From contig OX337229.1 of assembly GCA_946965045.2 (NCBI GenBank), positions 1,054,001 through 1,118,000 on the forward strand: a stretch of DNA of 64,000 bases, written 5' to 3'. Positions 11,729 to 22,600 of the stretch are shown in pieces. Made by a program: the position numbers and the translations under genes. Each line of letters starts with the position of its first letter. Within the stretch, counting starts at the first letter, position 1. The notes under the pieces were generated by a model. That model had not been told where the DNA came from, ran no database searches, and was given only the letters and a program-made list of their open reading frames with translations. This DNA is from Epithemia pelagica (Eukaryota > Protista > Bacillariophyta).

Positions 11729-12270
11729 TGTGAGCAAATGAGCCGGTCGACCTTGTCTTGAGAGGTGGATTGGTTTGTTGTGTGTCGCAACAACAACAAA
11801 AAGGGCAGGGCGAGATTTTGTGTCATGGTCGACCTACCTAGATTAACCTTTAACCTTAATTAAGAGTCTAGCTACCAGCTGCTACCCCATCCAAGAAAGC
11901 ATGTCATTTTGTCCGTTGTGCGAGCGCGCCATTGCCCCATAGAATTCGATAGATTCTTTTGCTTCCACTCTTGCTACGTAGGGTGGAACGGCCTCTCTTC
12001 TACGGTGTAGTTTTCCCAGTTCCCCAAAGAAGAAGAATCGTATCAACTTTTGGCGGTATCTTGGACCAGTTCGCCCTGCAACGAACACAGCCATCAGAGA
12101 AGAGCATACCCAAAAACCCTCATCACGAACCCTTTGACTCCACGACCCACTACGAATACTACAGCCACTGTTACACCAGCCAGGACATCATCCTCTTTGC
12201 AAACCAGGAACGATCCTCTCCTCCAGATACTCCTACAATACCAACAACAAGAAACGCAGAACCCACAAGG

Positions 12271-13848
12271 ATGGACGCGAATGTATCCAAAGTGGATATT
12301 TCCCATGACTCCTTTACCCCCAAGTCTCCGCAGACTCCTTCGGCGGCAGCGGAGCATCAAGATAGTTTGACCTTGCGTCATGTCGTGTCCATGGCCTGTA
12401 AATCGCTCGATATAGGAGCCGCCGTCCTTCCACAGCCCTTGTTTAGGCCCGATGTCCAAGATTACGGTGGCGAAGACGTCTTGCACGACGTTGTGGCCAG
12501 TATGGAGACCCCCTATGCCCGAGTGTTGCGACAGGAATTCAATGCGGTGGTAATCGAGCATCATTTAAAGTGGATGCCGCTCCTCTCTCCCAAGATTGCC
12601 GCACACGGTGGGGGACCGTCCGACATTTCCCCCGACTGTCAATTGGGCCGCTACGATTTCTCACAGGCCGACAGCATTGTCAATTGGGCGGCCAAGCACA
12701 AGCTCAAAGTCAAAGGACATGTTCTGGTCTGGCATGTCACATCACCGATCAAGCTACTGGAACATTTGGAGCCGGACCAAGTGCGCGAGGAGTTGAAACA
12801 ACATATTTACACCGTCATGGGGCACTATAGAGGTCGCATCCAAGTGTGGGATGTCGTCAATGAGGCCCTGGCTCCCGATGGTTCCTTGGCACACAACATT
12901 TTTTATCGCAAGTTGGGACCGTCGTACATTGAAGACTGTTTCCGGTGGGCGCACCAAGCAGATCCGGATGCAATCTTACTGTACAACGATAATAAGGTAG
13001 AACGAGTGGGGTCCGCCAAATCCAAAGGGTTTTACCGGTTGCTGTCGGATCTCAAATCCAAGGGTGTTCCCATTCATGGGTGTGGCATGCAATCTCACTG
13101 GAATGCCGCGGGTACCGGACCCAATCAATGCCCAACACCCCGGCAGCTCAAGGAACAAATTCGTCGGATTGGTGAATTGGGATTGACCGTCAACCTGTCC
13201 GAGTTGGATGTCCGAGTGAGTCAATTGGATGCCGGCTTACGGAGTGCGGCTCAGACACAAATTTATCATGATTTGGTGGCCGCCGCCATTTCCGAACCCG
13301 CATGCAATGGCGTGTGGCTCTGGGGCTTTACCGATCGACACACGTGGGTCACCCACTTTTACTACGACGATGAACCTCTCATATTGGACGAGCAATATGG
13401 ACGCAAACCAGCCTATTTTGGATTGCGACAGGCCTTGGTGACCCTCACCCCGCAAGGACGAGTGGGAGGCGATGTCCCGCTGAGTTCGGATGTGGATCAT
13501 GAAGGCACTCCGTGGGGCCAGCCGTGGAGAAAAATGGGCGAACATGATGCCACAGAGGGAGAAGAAGATACCGATCACAATCCGTCTTCTGTGGGGGATG
13601 GTGGTGATGCACGGCCGGATTGGGAGATTATGGACAACAGCAGCAAAGAGTTGCCCGCCTCGGACCGACTACGACGGCCGCAACCGACGCTGGGAAAATT
13701 GGATTCCGATGATATCCTCAATGATAGCGCCAACACGGGAGTGGTCGATCTCAGTTCCCCCATGAGTGCCGATGACGGAGATTCCGAACATGGTGATCCA
13801 ATAGAAATTTCGGTTACCCACGCAGAGAAACTCCCAGAGATTTCTTAA
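12271..13848 (+). CDS. Glycoside hydrolase family 10 (endo-1,4-beta-xylanase-like)
   Basis: EHHLKW, KGHVLVWH, WDVVNEA (acid/base Glu), YNDN, GMQSH, SELDV (nucleophile Glu) and WGFTD are all present. The first in-frame ATG is 12271; the frame is open from 11959. Confidence 0.92.
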   Translation: MDANVSKVDISHDSFTPKSPQTPSAAAEHQDSLTLRHVVSMACKSLDIGAAVLPQPLFRPDVQDYGGEDVLHDVVASMETPYARVLRQEFNAVVIEHHLKWMPLLSPKIAAHGGGPSDISPDCQLGRYDFSQADSIVNWAAKHKLKVKGHVLVWHVTSPIKLLEHLEPDQVREELKQHIYTVMGHYRGRIQVWDVVNEALAPDGSLAHNIFYRKLGPSYIEDCFRWAHQADPDAILLYNDNKVERVGSAKSKGFYRLLSDLKSKGVPIHGCGMQSHWNAAGTGPNQCPTPRQLKEQIRRIGELGLTVNLSELDVRVSQLDAGLRSAAQTQIYHDLVAAAISEPACNGVWLWGFTDRHTWVTHFYYDDEPLILDEQYGRKPAYFGLRQALVTLTPQGRVGGDVPLSSDVDHEGTPWGQPWRKMGEHDATEGEEDTDHNPSSVGDGGDARPDWEIMDNSSKELPASDRLRRPQPTLGKLDSDDILNDSANTGVVDLSSPMSADDGDSEHGDPIEISVTHAEKLPEIS

Positions 13849-14042
13849 TGATATTAGACAGACTATTCACTATTGTAGTCATTGTGAAAAGAAGCTGAAA
13901 GCTGTGGTATTTAGTGAATCGTTCGTGCAGCACAACAACCTGCACACCCACAAACGCTAAAGGTAAAGGTCCAGCGAACCGTCCGTACTGAAGAGCTCGA
14001 CGCCATCGTCATCTCTAGGCAATAAAGTTGAACGTGAAAGAA

Positions 14043-15860
14043 TCACGGAGAACCACTGTCGGAACGGAAAGATGGTCTCAGACACAAATATGCCGCCATT
14101 CCAAAAAAGGGAATGAACTTGGCAATCGCTACCAGAGTGCCACTGTCACCAGTCTCAACTCCTCTTCTCTTCATGTCGTCATCAACAAGCCAAAACTGGA
14201 ACAATCCAAATATTACAAGATCAACAAGGAAGCTTGAACCGACCCGATCAATACTCATTAATTCAATAAACGAGTGCCATCGTTCTACCAGGCCACCATA
14301 CTCTGGGAATCGCCCCAAGAATGCCCACCCAATGGACAAAGTTCCCACGCCTCCCATTAGAGCTCCCAATAAAGGACTTTCACATGCTTTTGCAACAAAC
14401 GAAAGTTCCTCCGTTGATACATTTGTCCTTTGTTCCGTGGAACGTGTCGCCAGGTAAGGCAGGAGGAACGCTGAGGTCAGAAACTGCATACCAACAACAA
14501 TTGGTAACATTCCAAAGAGGTTCGGCTTATCTTTCCGGTCATCGCTCAAGAATCCGGCAAACATGGCTGCCCATGACAGAAGTACATTGAAGACGCCTTC
14601 TAACATTGGATGGACTACCGGCGAAAATGGTAGATTCAGTAAAGGAGACACAAAGAAGAAATTGAGAGATAAATCTCTCACCTCTTCCCATGTTCTTTGT
14701 TCCAGTGCTAATGCATTTGCACCCGGTAAGATACCGTCGGAAAAGAAAACAATCACAACGTAGGCGGACCAGACTACAAGTGGCACAAGTCGTACAGGCT
14801 CCGCAGCGATCTTCCCTTTGAAAGATTTCGAAAACATTTCTACTCCACCTTTCTTTTGGAAACCGGTCGGTTCCAAGAAGTCAATTCCATCCTCGATCTT
14901 TCTTGCCTTACTTATCTTGTAGAATGAGCACCCCCGAGTAAACGGGAGCTCTTGTCCATTGTTCTCAACATGCCATTTGGCACAAACTGCGCTCTGCCCA
15001 TCGACAATATCGTCCACTTCAAATGAAAATGTACTCGGAAAACATTCTGCACAAAGTAGAACGTGCTGCTTCAAGGCTTCTTTCCCAACAAAGGGCTCTG
15101 GGAATGCCGTATCATCGTACGTCACATCATTCTCGAAAAGGTCGGTTACAGCTTCCATGTCGCGCCGATTCCATGCGGCAAAGTATTTTTGTGGCGCAGT
15201 TTTCAGGCTCGTCTTTTCGGCTTCGGTCATGATGTACGAGACGCTAGCATTCTCAGCCGGATTGAGGTTAGGAAACGCTTTTACAATGGAGCTCGCTCTT
15301 TTCAGAATCTTGAGGCCACTTGCTCCCGCTTTGTCCTCTGTTTCCTGTACCCAAAACACATTCTCAATCAAACCATCATTGTTGGCAACAAAGAAGGCTG
15401 AGCCTCGTCCAAACGGTACACAGTTTCCATCGGTTTTGTCCTCGACATGAAACTTGATTGCGGTGGCTCGTTCATCAGATATGCACTCATCAATCTTGAT
15501 TATTTGGTTTTCATAGTCATATGATTCCTTCATTAGTCGAAGTCGACGTTCTAGTGACTCGACACCCGAGCATGGCGAACGAAATGTTGCAAAGTCGAAA
15601 ACACAGTTTTCATCAAAGGAGGAAAGCGCGTTCGCTATTTTGCCATCGTTCCAGTCATCAACGAATTGCTGGGCTGTCGTTTGGAGACTGGGAGTACGAA
15701 TCAACGTTTTCGGGAAGGACCAAGCCAGTGTCCCGTGAATCTCAGATCCCACGACAAGGATAAATGCAATCACATACATTTTCCATCGTGCATTTCTTTC
15801 CTCAAGCCCAAACATCGTTGAAATTGAAAGAGGTGCAACTCGCATTCTCCATTTTGACAT
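14043..15860 (-). CDS. Tandem SnoaL/NTF2-like domains fused to a C-terminal multi-pass membrane domain, probable plastid protein
   Basis: There are two repeats of the NTF2-type pattern (FVDDWN...FDENCVF; YFAAWNRRDMEAVTDLFENDVTYDD...PFVGKE...LPFTRGCSFY). Several TM helices follow, and the N-terminus has a signal-like segment. Confidence 0.8.
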   Translation of the reverse strand: MSKWRMRVAPLSISTMFGLEERNARWKMYVIAFILVVGSEIHGTLAWSFPKTLIRTPSLQTTAQQFVDDWNDGKIANALSSFDENCVFDFATFRSPCSGVESLERRLRLMKESYDYENQIIKIDECISDERATAIKFHVEDKTDGNCVPFGRGSAFFVANNDGLIENVFWVQETEDKAGASGLKILKRASSIVKAFPNLNPAENASVSYIMTEAEKTSLKTAPQKYFAAWNRRDMEAVTDLFENDVTYDDTAFPEPFVGKEALKQHVLLCAECFPSTFSFEVDDIVDGQSAVCAKWHVENNGQELPFTRGCSFYKISKARKIEDGIDFLEPTGFQKKGGVEMFSKSFKGKIAAEPVRLVPLVVWSAYVVIVFFSDGILPGANALALEQRTWEEVRDLSLNFFFVSPLLNLPFSPVVHPMLEGVFNVLLSWAAMFAGFLSDDRKDKPNLFGMLPIVVGMQFLTSAFLLPYLATRSTEQRTNVSTEELSFVAKACESPLLGALMGGVGTLSIGWAFLGRFPEYGGLVERWHSFIELMSIDRVGSSFLVDLVIFGLFQFWLVDDDMKRRGVETGDSGTLVAIAKFIPFFGMAAYLCLRPSFRSDSGSP

Positions 15861-16297
15861 GGAGAAAAGAATGACGAAAGATTGTGATTGTGATGACTCA
15901 TAAATCGCAGTCGCGCATTGTTAACGTGACATTGGTGAAGAAGGAATAGTAGTACTATGTCCCATGATCCAACTACCGGTAAAAGTACCTACCGTAGGTA
16001 GGAGTATGTACAACACAGAGATAGATCTTTGAGAATCAACAATTAGGCGGACACGAAAGCGTCTAGTATAGGAGTAGATAAGCGATCGCGTGGTCAGCTT
16101 AGGCAACGAAAGCCGAGAGCCAATACACTTAGCTCAGACGAAGACCAATGAGAAGACAAACGCTGTCATACTTTGAGATGGGGGTTCGTCCGTGCATTCG
16201 AAGCCCGATCATCGTACGGGGACGAAGAGCTTCAGCAAGCCGTGAAAGTGGGGAAGAAAACGCGTTGACTTCTTGTCATTGAAATATAGCTTGAAGG

Positions 16298-17797
16298 TCA
16301 AGTGCACTCTTGGTCTCGTGTCAAAGTGGACAATTGATGCAAAACAAAATCACCAAGTTCAGAAATGGACACTTTTGAAGCAAACCTCCAACTTCCTGAA
16401 GATTGATTCATTGTGTCCGTCGGAGGAATACATTTTCCTCGCAAACCAAAACAATCGGATAAGATCCTCAAAAGCAATTCTTTGCGTCCACGCAATCTAG
16501 CAGGTTCAAGAATGCAAACAACATCAGCCATGTCCGGCACACGCACCACGTTCAAAGACTTCTCGATCTCTCGAAAGGCTTCATCAGGAGAGCGGTTGTC
16601 AGCTTTGCCGTCGTCGCCTAAAGGGGCAATTCGAAAAACTTTCGGTGTTTGACGAAAAGGATCATTCGTCCCCTTCATATTCTCGATCCTTGTTGTGTAA
16701 GCTTTCCTGGCGCGTTCAGATCTTTTATTTTGTAAGTCCATTTTTTCGCTTATATCGTCTGAAACAAATCGATCTAGAGGAGAAACGTTTGCTGCATTAT
16801 TGTCAAGCATAGGCTGTGTCCGGGACTCAAAGTCTTCCGATAAATTGCCTCTTTCTTCTATTACCATGTTCTGACTTTTTCGCTTCTTTCCCAACCGAAC
16901 GTATTCAACAATGGCCTTGGATATTTCCTGTTCATTCATTTGTGCCAAGGCTTCATTTTCAAGAACATTGGGGTCGAATTGGCGTAAACGATCCTCTATA
17001 CGTCGCTGCTTCCTCAAAGCTGAACTAGCCGACATTTCACGATGTCCCCAGCGCTTTTCATACCATCGTGCTTTCCACTCTGGATCAGACCACATGAGCT
17101 TTTTAGCCTCCGAACGTTTCACATGTTCCTGAGATGGACCTCCTTCAAAGAAATGGGAAAACTCTTCTGCTGCTTCGTCGAGGAGACGGTCATCTTCGAA
17201 AAGTGGAAGTAGATCTCTTCGGCCCATTGACCCTTGCACCTTAACAGATTCCCAGATTTCTTCTTCCTCGCTTTGTTCTTCTTCCACTTCATCCTCATTT
17301 TCGTCACTAGGATCTCTATCTTTCGAAAATTCACCTGACGACAACGAACCACTTACAGGAGCGTCAAAATTCTTGTTGAGGTACTTGAGTTGAGTAGGCT
17401 CCTCCCAGAAGAATCCATTTCTTGAGGAGTCGTCTAGCTGCTGCATATTTCGAAGAGAACGAAGCCTCATCGCCTTGCGACCTTCTGCTTTCGTCCATGG
17501 TCCCCATCGTTTGCGTCTTTGCAAATAGGCTCTGCATGCCAGCAAGGCTTCTGCATCAGAAATCGAATCAAAATCGTCCATGCTTTCCGAAAGATCGCTC
17601 TGAGAATCCTCTATGAAATCTCGCTGCTCTTCATCCTCATGCGGTTGATCGACAAGGCTGGTAGTTTCCTTGCGTCCACCACGTAGTGCTTGACCCCTTC
17701 TTGTTACAAGTAAGAAAGGGCCGTGACGAAAAGACACACAGCACACTACCAGGGGCAGGAAATGAAATGCCCTGCACTTAATTAGCTGCATTCTCAT
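16298..17797 (-). CDS. Hypothetical protein with signal/plastid-type presequence, charged helical
   Basis: Uninterrupted 499-aa ORF with a hydrophobic N-terminus (FLPLVVCCVSF), Trp-containing motifs (WSDPEWKARWYEKRWG) and a C-terminal LRGRKELL...GLRGKCIP block. Confidence 0.7.
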   Translation of the reverse strand: MRMQLIKCRAFHFLPLVVCCVSFRHGPFLLVTRRGQALRGGRKETTSLVDQPHEDEEQRDFIEDSQSDLSESMDDFDSISDAEALLACRAYLQRRKRWGPWTKAEGRKAMRLRSLRNMQQLDDSSRNGFFWEEPTQLKYLNKNFDAPVSGSLSSGEFSKDRDPSDENEDEVEEEQSEEEEIWESVKVQGSMGRRDLLPLFEDDRLLDEAAEEFSHFFEGGPSQEHVKRSEAKKLMWSDPEWKARWYEKRWGHREMSASSALRKQRRIEDRLRQFDPNVLENEALAQMNEQEISKAIVEYVRLGKKRKSQNMVIEERGNLSEDFESRTQPMLDNNAANVSPLDRFVSDDISEKMDLQNKRSERARKAYTTRIENMKGTNDPFRQTPKVFRIAPLGDDGKADNRSPDEAFREIEKSLNVVRVPDMADVVCILEPARLRGRKELLLRILSDCFGLRGKCIPPTDTMNQSSGSWRFASKVSISELGDFVLHQLSTLTRDQECT

Positions 17798-18380
17798 TCC
17801 TCCCTGGTCTACACACAGCTTTGGACGACGACGTCTTATCTCTTCTCCCTTGGCATGATGCTTTCGGCTTTCGGCTTCCCGGGAAACTGGAAATGGAAAA
17901 TGCGACCAATATTCAGTCGCAGAAATCAGTCCCAGCGAGGTCGCATCTCCTGCGGGATAGAGAGTTGGTCATGGCGATCTATGGATAAGTCGAAGTCTAC
18001 CTATTCCTATTCTTCTTGTTATGTCGACGAATTCTCCTCTGTGCAGGATTTCGATGTCGGGGAATTGATCTATTACTCCTGCTCCTACGTTATGTTTTAA
18101 TCCTACCAAGCTAGAGGTAGTGTCTCTCTAGAGTAGAACGGGTCGGTTTTCGGATTTGATGCTTCTTGTTGGCTTTGTTGTGCGGTTTTCTGTGTTCGTC
18201 GTAAGGTTACTTGTGTCGAAAGTCGATAGCGTAGCGCTTCGTCCCTTGATCTGTACTCCTAGATGTGTAGAGCCAATCTTCCGCTCCAAACTCCAAATCC
18301 AATCGCGGATCTGTTGGCGGTGTCGGCATTAGCCATCGGACCATTCCATTTTGTAATTCAAGAAGCCAGAGGAGGCATAA

Positions 18381-18869
18381 GGCCGTTCCTTGATATTCTG
18401 CAAAAACAAAAGTTGGAGGGTGACACGTCACAAAAAACCCGGAAATATGGCGTCAAATCCGGGTTCGACGCTGTTTCAGCTTTTGAGGCTGCAAAAGTTG
18501 GGTCCAACTTTTGCAGGCCGGCAAAAGCTGAACAGCCATTAGGGATAGTGCTTTCTTCTTGCTAGTGTACATTGGGCCCTACAGAAACAAAAATGACGGT
18601 TTAGGATTTGAACGGCGCGCGTTCGACTCCAACGGTCCCCCTAACCTCAATGAAGAGGAAGACGGAACGTCCTCCTAATGTCTTACTTTGATAATTGTAG
18701 TATTCAAATCATCGAAGTGAATATGGGGACTATTGGGGGCCTTGGGGGAAAAAGTGCGGTTATAGGTTTTGGTTTTGTAAATGCCAAAGGACCGCGTGTC
18801 GCGCAATTGTCTACAAAAAGGTGATGTCATGTGTCGATTTTTGTTTTTGCAGAATATCAAGGAACGGCC
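18381..18869. mobile_element. Non-autonomous PIF/Harbinger (Tourist-like) MITE, 489 bp
   Basis: Perfect 31-bp terminal inverted repeat GGCCGTTCCTTGATATTCTGCAAAAACAAAA (18381-18411 and 18839-18869), flanked by TAA on both sides (18378-18380, 18870-18872). No transposase ORF inside. Confidence 0.88.
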
Positions 18870-19619
18870 TAAGTGCAAACTGCACAGAGCGAGAAGTGGG
18901 AGTTAACCCCAAACCCCACAAAAACAGAGAAGAAGACCACACACTGAAAACTCTAAACCTAACAGACGAGCAGAAACCCCCCCCCCAAACATCAGTCCCA
19001 ATCCCAATAATACTCCTAGAAAATTCCATTCGTCAATCGTTCGTTTTTTAGTTTTTTTCAATCTGATTTCGCGATTGGGAGCTTTTGTCCCGACGACTAC
19101 TGTATCTCTTATACACCGAGAGAGCATTTTATCAAATCCAAGATTTTTTATGCTTTGTACCATGATGCAGACCAGAGAACGTGGATACCACTGGTATCAA
19201 ATGCCACAGAAATGCCCAGAGCCATGACTGCATGAGACTGCATGAAGCATAGCAAGACTACCGACCGGAGGTAAACAGCTGTCATTATGGAGTATCACAA
19301 CCAATTTATCTTTTGTGACCACTAAGGATTGTTTGGATTTTTCACCCCACTTTACTGGGGTGCGGGCACTAAATCCAACCTCCCTCCAACACAAACACCA
19401 CATTAGATTTTTGTTGAATTGCCTACCAAGCAGCAAGACCAAGGAGCAAAAGGGAGCAAACTACTTGGATCTGCTTCGTTTTTCTTCTTCTGGTTCCAAG
19501 CGAAGCGACAAAGCCCCTGCTGCAGATTTGCTCCGAGTCCATTTCATTTCGCGGATCATCGTCCTAGCTTTACTAGTTGCAGTGGCCCTGCAGGGGCCAT
19601 CTGAGACGTGGAAGGATCG

Positions 19620-22600
19620 ATGCGCACTACGTTAAAGAATCTCTTTGCACGAAAAAAGAACAAAAATAAGGGTGCAAAAAGTCAATCAACAGGTTCGAGA
19701 ACAGAGGCCGTCTCTGTTCCACTTGCAGCTAGTGCCCCGCCGCTTCCGGCTCCGAAATCCCGTCGGCACCGACAACAACCACCTGTTGCGACCGTGCCTG
19801 TTGTGACCGTACCTGTTGTGGCCGAAACAAAGACAGAGCTGGATGCAAAGCCCAAGGCTGCACCTTCCACAAAACCGGAAAAGCCAGCACCTGCGGCAAA
19901 AATTGATGAGACTGTGTTTGAACGTATACCTGGACCAGCGCAACCAACGGTCTCAAGTACAACCGAAAGTCATGCCTCCGAAAATGGTGATGATGCCTTC
20001 GCGGATGACGATGATGCCCCACAGGTTGTTCTTTCTTATGAATCTATTCCCGTTCTGGAGCAGGTAAAACTGCCAAGAGGAGGGTTTAGTGTCGATACCA
20101 AGGCAGTGGGTCGCGTCCAGGTGGGTGGCCGCATGGATTCGTTGGATCTTTCGGGTTGTTTGCTTTTTGTCCTTCTCACTGTAAACGTTCTCTGTTCATT
20201 TGTGTTCTCAGTTCGGTATCCCCCCTGAAACGATCAAAGACAGTATGCGACTGGGAATTCCTGTACCCCAAGTATATATTGTTCCGGTGGAGAGGTTTTG
20301 CCGCGAAATGGGCCCTGCATTAGGCGTGAATTTGGCTGAGTTTGAGTTTCCTGCATATTTCAATTTTTTTGTGTACAAAAAGCGGTGCATGCTGGTTGTA
20401 GACTCGGATGACGCCGAGGAAAACATAAGGCGGGTGTTCAGTGAGACGTTGCTAGGGCCTGCGCAGTTCCGGAGGGAAGATAATCCAATAGCATTCGAGG
20501 AGGAAGATTTTGCCCCCGAGTTCCCTCGTGCGGCCATACCGAATTTTCAGAAGGAGTTAAAACATTTCCGTATTATGCCAGACGGAAAAGAACTTGTGAT
20601 TGAAACGCTTCTTGATTTCTGCCATTTCGAGACACGAACAGATGGGCACGAAGGTCTTGGTGTTCCACCGCCCCTCGGCGACGAGTCTGAGAGTGAAGTA
20701 ACAGACGATCCTAAAGTTCCAACCAACTCCGGAGCACTAGATTGTGTGGATGATGATGAAGATGAGGAGGAGGAGGAACCCAAGGAAGTACCAAAGGATG
20801 AAAGTGGAGTTGAAAGTCTCCAAACCAAATCAGTTTGGTCATACTCGAAAGCTAAATTCATGGGTAAGTCAGTTAGAGGAATGGCTGAGAGTAAGGACAT
20901 CATCTCACCTATGTTCAAAATATATATCAGGTGATGTGGCTACTATATGGCCATTCGGTGCCACGAAAGAGCAGATTGAAAAGAAATCGATTCCCCGTGT
21001 GGAAGTCTTCAAAATGCCAGGTGGAACTGAGTACATAATTCACGACATTGATGAGAACAATCATATCGTAGGGAAAGCACGTTTCCAGGGCCATGTTAAG
21101 GTTTCGGAGTCAATGAGCGTGGATGGCTTCGGTGGCCATTCTTTTCTGGATGATGTGAATCCCGAGAGCGAGCAAAAACATGAGGAGTCGGAGCCACACA
21201 GACTTGGATCGATAGTAGCAAGTCCTTCTCCTCCTAGTTTTCATCCTCCGTCTTTCGGGGTGACCGTTTTGGGCAATTCACACGGTTTTGACAAGAGTGG
21301 CTCTGTGTCAGGTTACGTTCTCTGGATTAACGGTAGAGGAGTCATGATTGACCCACCACCTTACTCGTCTGCCACCCTGGAACGAGAAGGTATACGTCCC
21401 AGAATGATTGTTGGAATTATCCTGACACACTGCCACGCGGACCACGATGCAGGAGCGTTTCAGAAAGTGTTAACTGGTTCGCCTGTAGTTGTCATCACGA
21501 CACCTACCATATACAAGAGTTTCATCCGAAAATACGCGGCATTGTCAGCTCTGAGCCCTGCTCTTCTCCGTCACAGCCATCGCTACAAACGAGCCACCAT
21601 CGGTGAGCCTCTACGCTTTCAAGGGGCAACGTTTCACTTTATATACACCATTCACACAATACCGTGTGTTGGTTTCAGGGTCGAATGGCGAGGGCGATCT
21701 ATGGTTTTCACAGGCGACCATATGAACATCCCGAAAGCCATTGATAAACTTGAAGAGTCAGGAGTTTTGTCAACGGCCAGAGCTGACGATCTCCGAAATC
21801 TTCCTCTTCAGGAGACGGATGTTCTTCTTCATGAATCTGGGGCTCCGCCGATCCACACACCTCTAGATGTGCTTTTAGACCTTCCTACGAAGGTGAAGAA
21901 AAGGTTGTTTGTGGTCCACACGTCTGCTCTACCACAAGATTGCGAGCTTAAAGTGGCACCGACGGGCACGGGGGGAACAATTAGGTTAGATCAGTTCCAG
22001 CGAGGTCCAAATTCAAATAATCGCGATGAAACTCAACCAATGGACAGAGAGGGACCGGAATCTTCTTCCTTCGGGGACAGTTCTCCGTTTGTGGAGCGTG
22101 ATGATAATTTCATGTGGAATGGCCAGAGCGAGTACGGAACAATTGCGGAAGATCCTGAAAAATCCAGTTCCGACCCGCGGTTGCTAGCCACTTCTCTGGC
22201 TCATTTCAGCTACAATCAAGGCCACAAGAAGGGTGGACGAAACTCCGTTTTCCTTGGTGAAAGCCCCTCACCCCCTCTTGTATCTCTCCGACCAGCTTCT
22301 AGCACTGATGCCTGGTTCATATTAAACCTTCTGAGCGCAGTGCCTTTTTTGTCCAGGTGAGTCATTTTATTGAATGGGTTGAACTAACTGCTGAGATTGT
22401 GTAGTAACTCACCATATTTTGATCCTTTTCATTCATGCAGCTTGTCGTATGCATCAACGATGGAGGTTCTCGAGACAGCGAAGGTTGATGCTTACTCAAC
22501 ACGTGACATCGTTGTGCCGGCCTCACGAAGGAGTCAAGTTCTTTGCCTCGTTTGGGAGGGAACTTGCGCTGAACTCAAAGCAAGAAAGGGTGATAGTTCA

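Noticed and set aside
18610-18640. GTTCGACTCC, resembling a tRNA T-loop or Pol III B-box
   Set aside because: No T-stem, acceptor stem or cloverleaf can be formed, so it is not a tRNA.
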